A stretch of DNA of 32,000 bases, taken from positions 150,001 through 182,000 of the forward strand of contig AE017199.1 in assembly GCA_000008085.1 (NCBI GenBank). Direction: 5' to 3'. The notes under the pieces were generated by a model. The model made no database searches, was not told the origin of the DNA, and was given only the letters and a program-made list of their open reading frames with translations. Source of the stretch: Nanoarchaeum equitans Kin4-M (lineage in GTDB: Archaea > Nanobdellota > Nanobdellia > Nanobdellales > Nanoarchaeaceae). Shown piece after piece: positions 30,891-32,000 of the stretch. Both the position numbers and the translations under genes were made by a program. Numbering within the stretch: position 1 is the first letter of the stretch; every line of letters starts with the position of its first letter.

Positions 30891-30894
30891 AATT

Positions 30895-31203
30895 TTACAT
30901 TCCGAATAGGGATGCCAAACCACCCAATGCTTCTTCTTCTTTCTTTTCCTCTTTTTTCTCCTCTTTCTTTTCTTCTTTCTTCTCTTGTTCTGGAGCTGGA
31001 GCTGCTACGGGGGCTGCTACAGTAACTTGGGAAGCCTTTTCTAATATTTCATCAATGTTTACTCCCTCTAAAGCAGCAACTACAGCTTTAACCATACCTT
31101 CATTAACCTCAACTCCAGCAGCTTCTAAAACTTTTTTTAAGTTTTCTTCGTTAATTTCTTTGCCTGCCTTGTGTAAAAGCAATGCCGCGTATATGTATTC
31201 CAT
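30895..31203 (-). CDS. rpl12: 50S ribosomal protein L12 (P1-like)
   Basis: [33 protein letters not shown]..., charged EKKEEKK hinge, [11 protein letters not shown] tail; TTTAAA at -23.5. Confidence 0.96.
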   Translation of the reverse strand: MEYIYAALLLHKAGKEINEENLKKVLEAAGVEVNEGMVKAVVAALEGVNIDEILEKASQVTVAAPVAAPAPEQEKKEEKKEEKKEEKKEEEALGGLASLFGM

Positions 31204-31266
31204 TGGCTTTCCATTAAGAACAATTTAAAAATGGAATGTTTATAAAGGGTATATTGAAGTTTCCCA

Positions 31267-31791
31267 ATGAGATATTCAGTAAGCTTAGAAAATGTGGCAA
31301 AGCTCTATGCACATAATTTGCCTATTTCAACAAAACATGCTGTAGAGATTGCGAAAATGATTAGATATTTGCCTTTGCAATTAGCAAAAGAAATGTTACA
31401 AAAAGTTTTAGACAAAGAATTAGCTGTGCCTTTCTTTAGATACAATAGAGATATCCCCCATAGGAAAAAAGGACAAATCCACCCATATTTTAAAATAAAA
31501 CATGGTAGATTCCCAGAAAATGCCACAAAATGGATATTAAAAGAATTAAATTCTGTAGAAAAGAATGCCATTAATTTGGGAATGGATCCTAACAAATTGT
31601 TTATAGTACATATTGCAGCACACAAAGGAGTTAGGGGATATACAAGCGTTTATGGGAGAAGAGCAAGAAGAAAAGCAACCCATTTAGAAATAATGGTTGC
31701 AGAAAATAAGGATTATGATCCCTCTAAGAAGTACCCATTAAAAGAATTAAAAAGGATGGGCCATAAATTATTTTTGAGCCTCAAGAAATAA
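31267..31791 (+). CDS. rpl22: 50S ribosomal protein L22
   Basis: LPISTKHAVEIAKMIRYLP, HRKKGQIHPYFKIKHGRFPENATKWILKEL, YTSVYGRRARRKATHLEIMVAE. Confidence 0.94.
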   Translation: MRYSVSLENVAKLYAHNLPISTKHAVEIAKMIRYLPLQLAKEMLQKVLDKELAVPFFRYNRDIPHRKKGQIHPYFKIKHGRFPENATKWILKELNSVEKNAINLGMDPNKLFIVHIAAHKGVRGYTSVYGRRARRKATHLEIMVAENKDYDPSKKYPLKELKRMGHKLFLSLKK

Positions 31792-32000
31792 TTTTTCCAC
31801 TCCTTTTTTAGTTATAGTGTATATTTCTATACCATAACCAGAAAATACATCTCTCGCTATAGAGGATTTTAATGCCTTTTCCGCTAATTTAATAGCATCT
31901 CTAACAGTTATATCTGGGTTGTACTCTGCTTCTAATGTACCTAAAGCTATTACTCCACCACTTCCTTCGGCAAAATAGTCTTTTATCTCAGATATTGCTC
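31768..32000 (-). CDS. psmB: Proteasome subunit beta, C-terminal part (5' end outside window)
   Basis: Reverse-frame translation AISEIKDYFAEGSGGVIALGTLEAEYNPDITVRDAIKLAEKALKSSIARDVFSGYGIEIYTITKKGVEKLFLEAQK*. Confidence 0.88.
   Translation of the reverse strand, partial: AISEIKDYFAEGSGGVIALGTLEAEYNPDITVRDAIKLAEKALKSSIARDVFSGYGIEIYTITKKGVEKLFLEAQK

Overview
Gene-dense, AT-rich archaeal window with no mobile element or CRISPR array. It encodes about 33 protein genes (SecY, RfcS, RpoB'', RpoL, NusA, Rrp4, GatB, PAN, proteasome beta, ThrRS, RPA-like SSB, ribosomal proteins L12/L14e/L15e/L22/L30e/L44e/S19e/S27ae), five tRNAs (Trp, Leu, Tyr, Val, Arg) and one candidate C/D-box sRNA. Gene content matches Nanoarchaeum equitans or a very close relative: unlinked split rpoB, trifunctional TyrA-AroQ-PheA-ACT, 243-aa NeqSSB-like protein and leaderless tRNAs. 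This assignment is from memory, with no database search. Main non-coding signals: (1) TATA palindromes (TTTAAA) centred 23.5 bp upstream of the mature 5' end of the tRNAs, the RNase P-less arrangement, and at the same distance from many start codons; (2) six divergent gene pairs, one of them mRNA/tRNA, that appear to share one palindromic TATA box placed symmetrically 47-49 bp between the two starts; (3) two 13-nt tRNA introns with the same relaxed helix-bulge-helix-loop architecture, one non-canonical at 30/31 of tRNA-Trp and mutually exclusive with the D-stem; (4) a C/D-box sRNA in tandem with tRNA-Val, with an apparently compensatory A.A variant of the kink-turn U.U pair; (5) tail-to-tail overlap of every convergent CDS pair; (6) a TTCGAA operator-like cluster upstream of peroxiredoxin.
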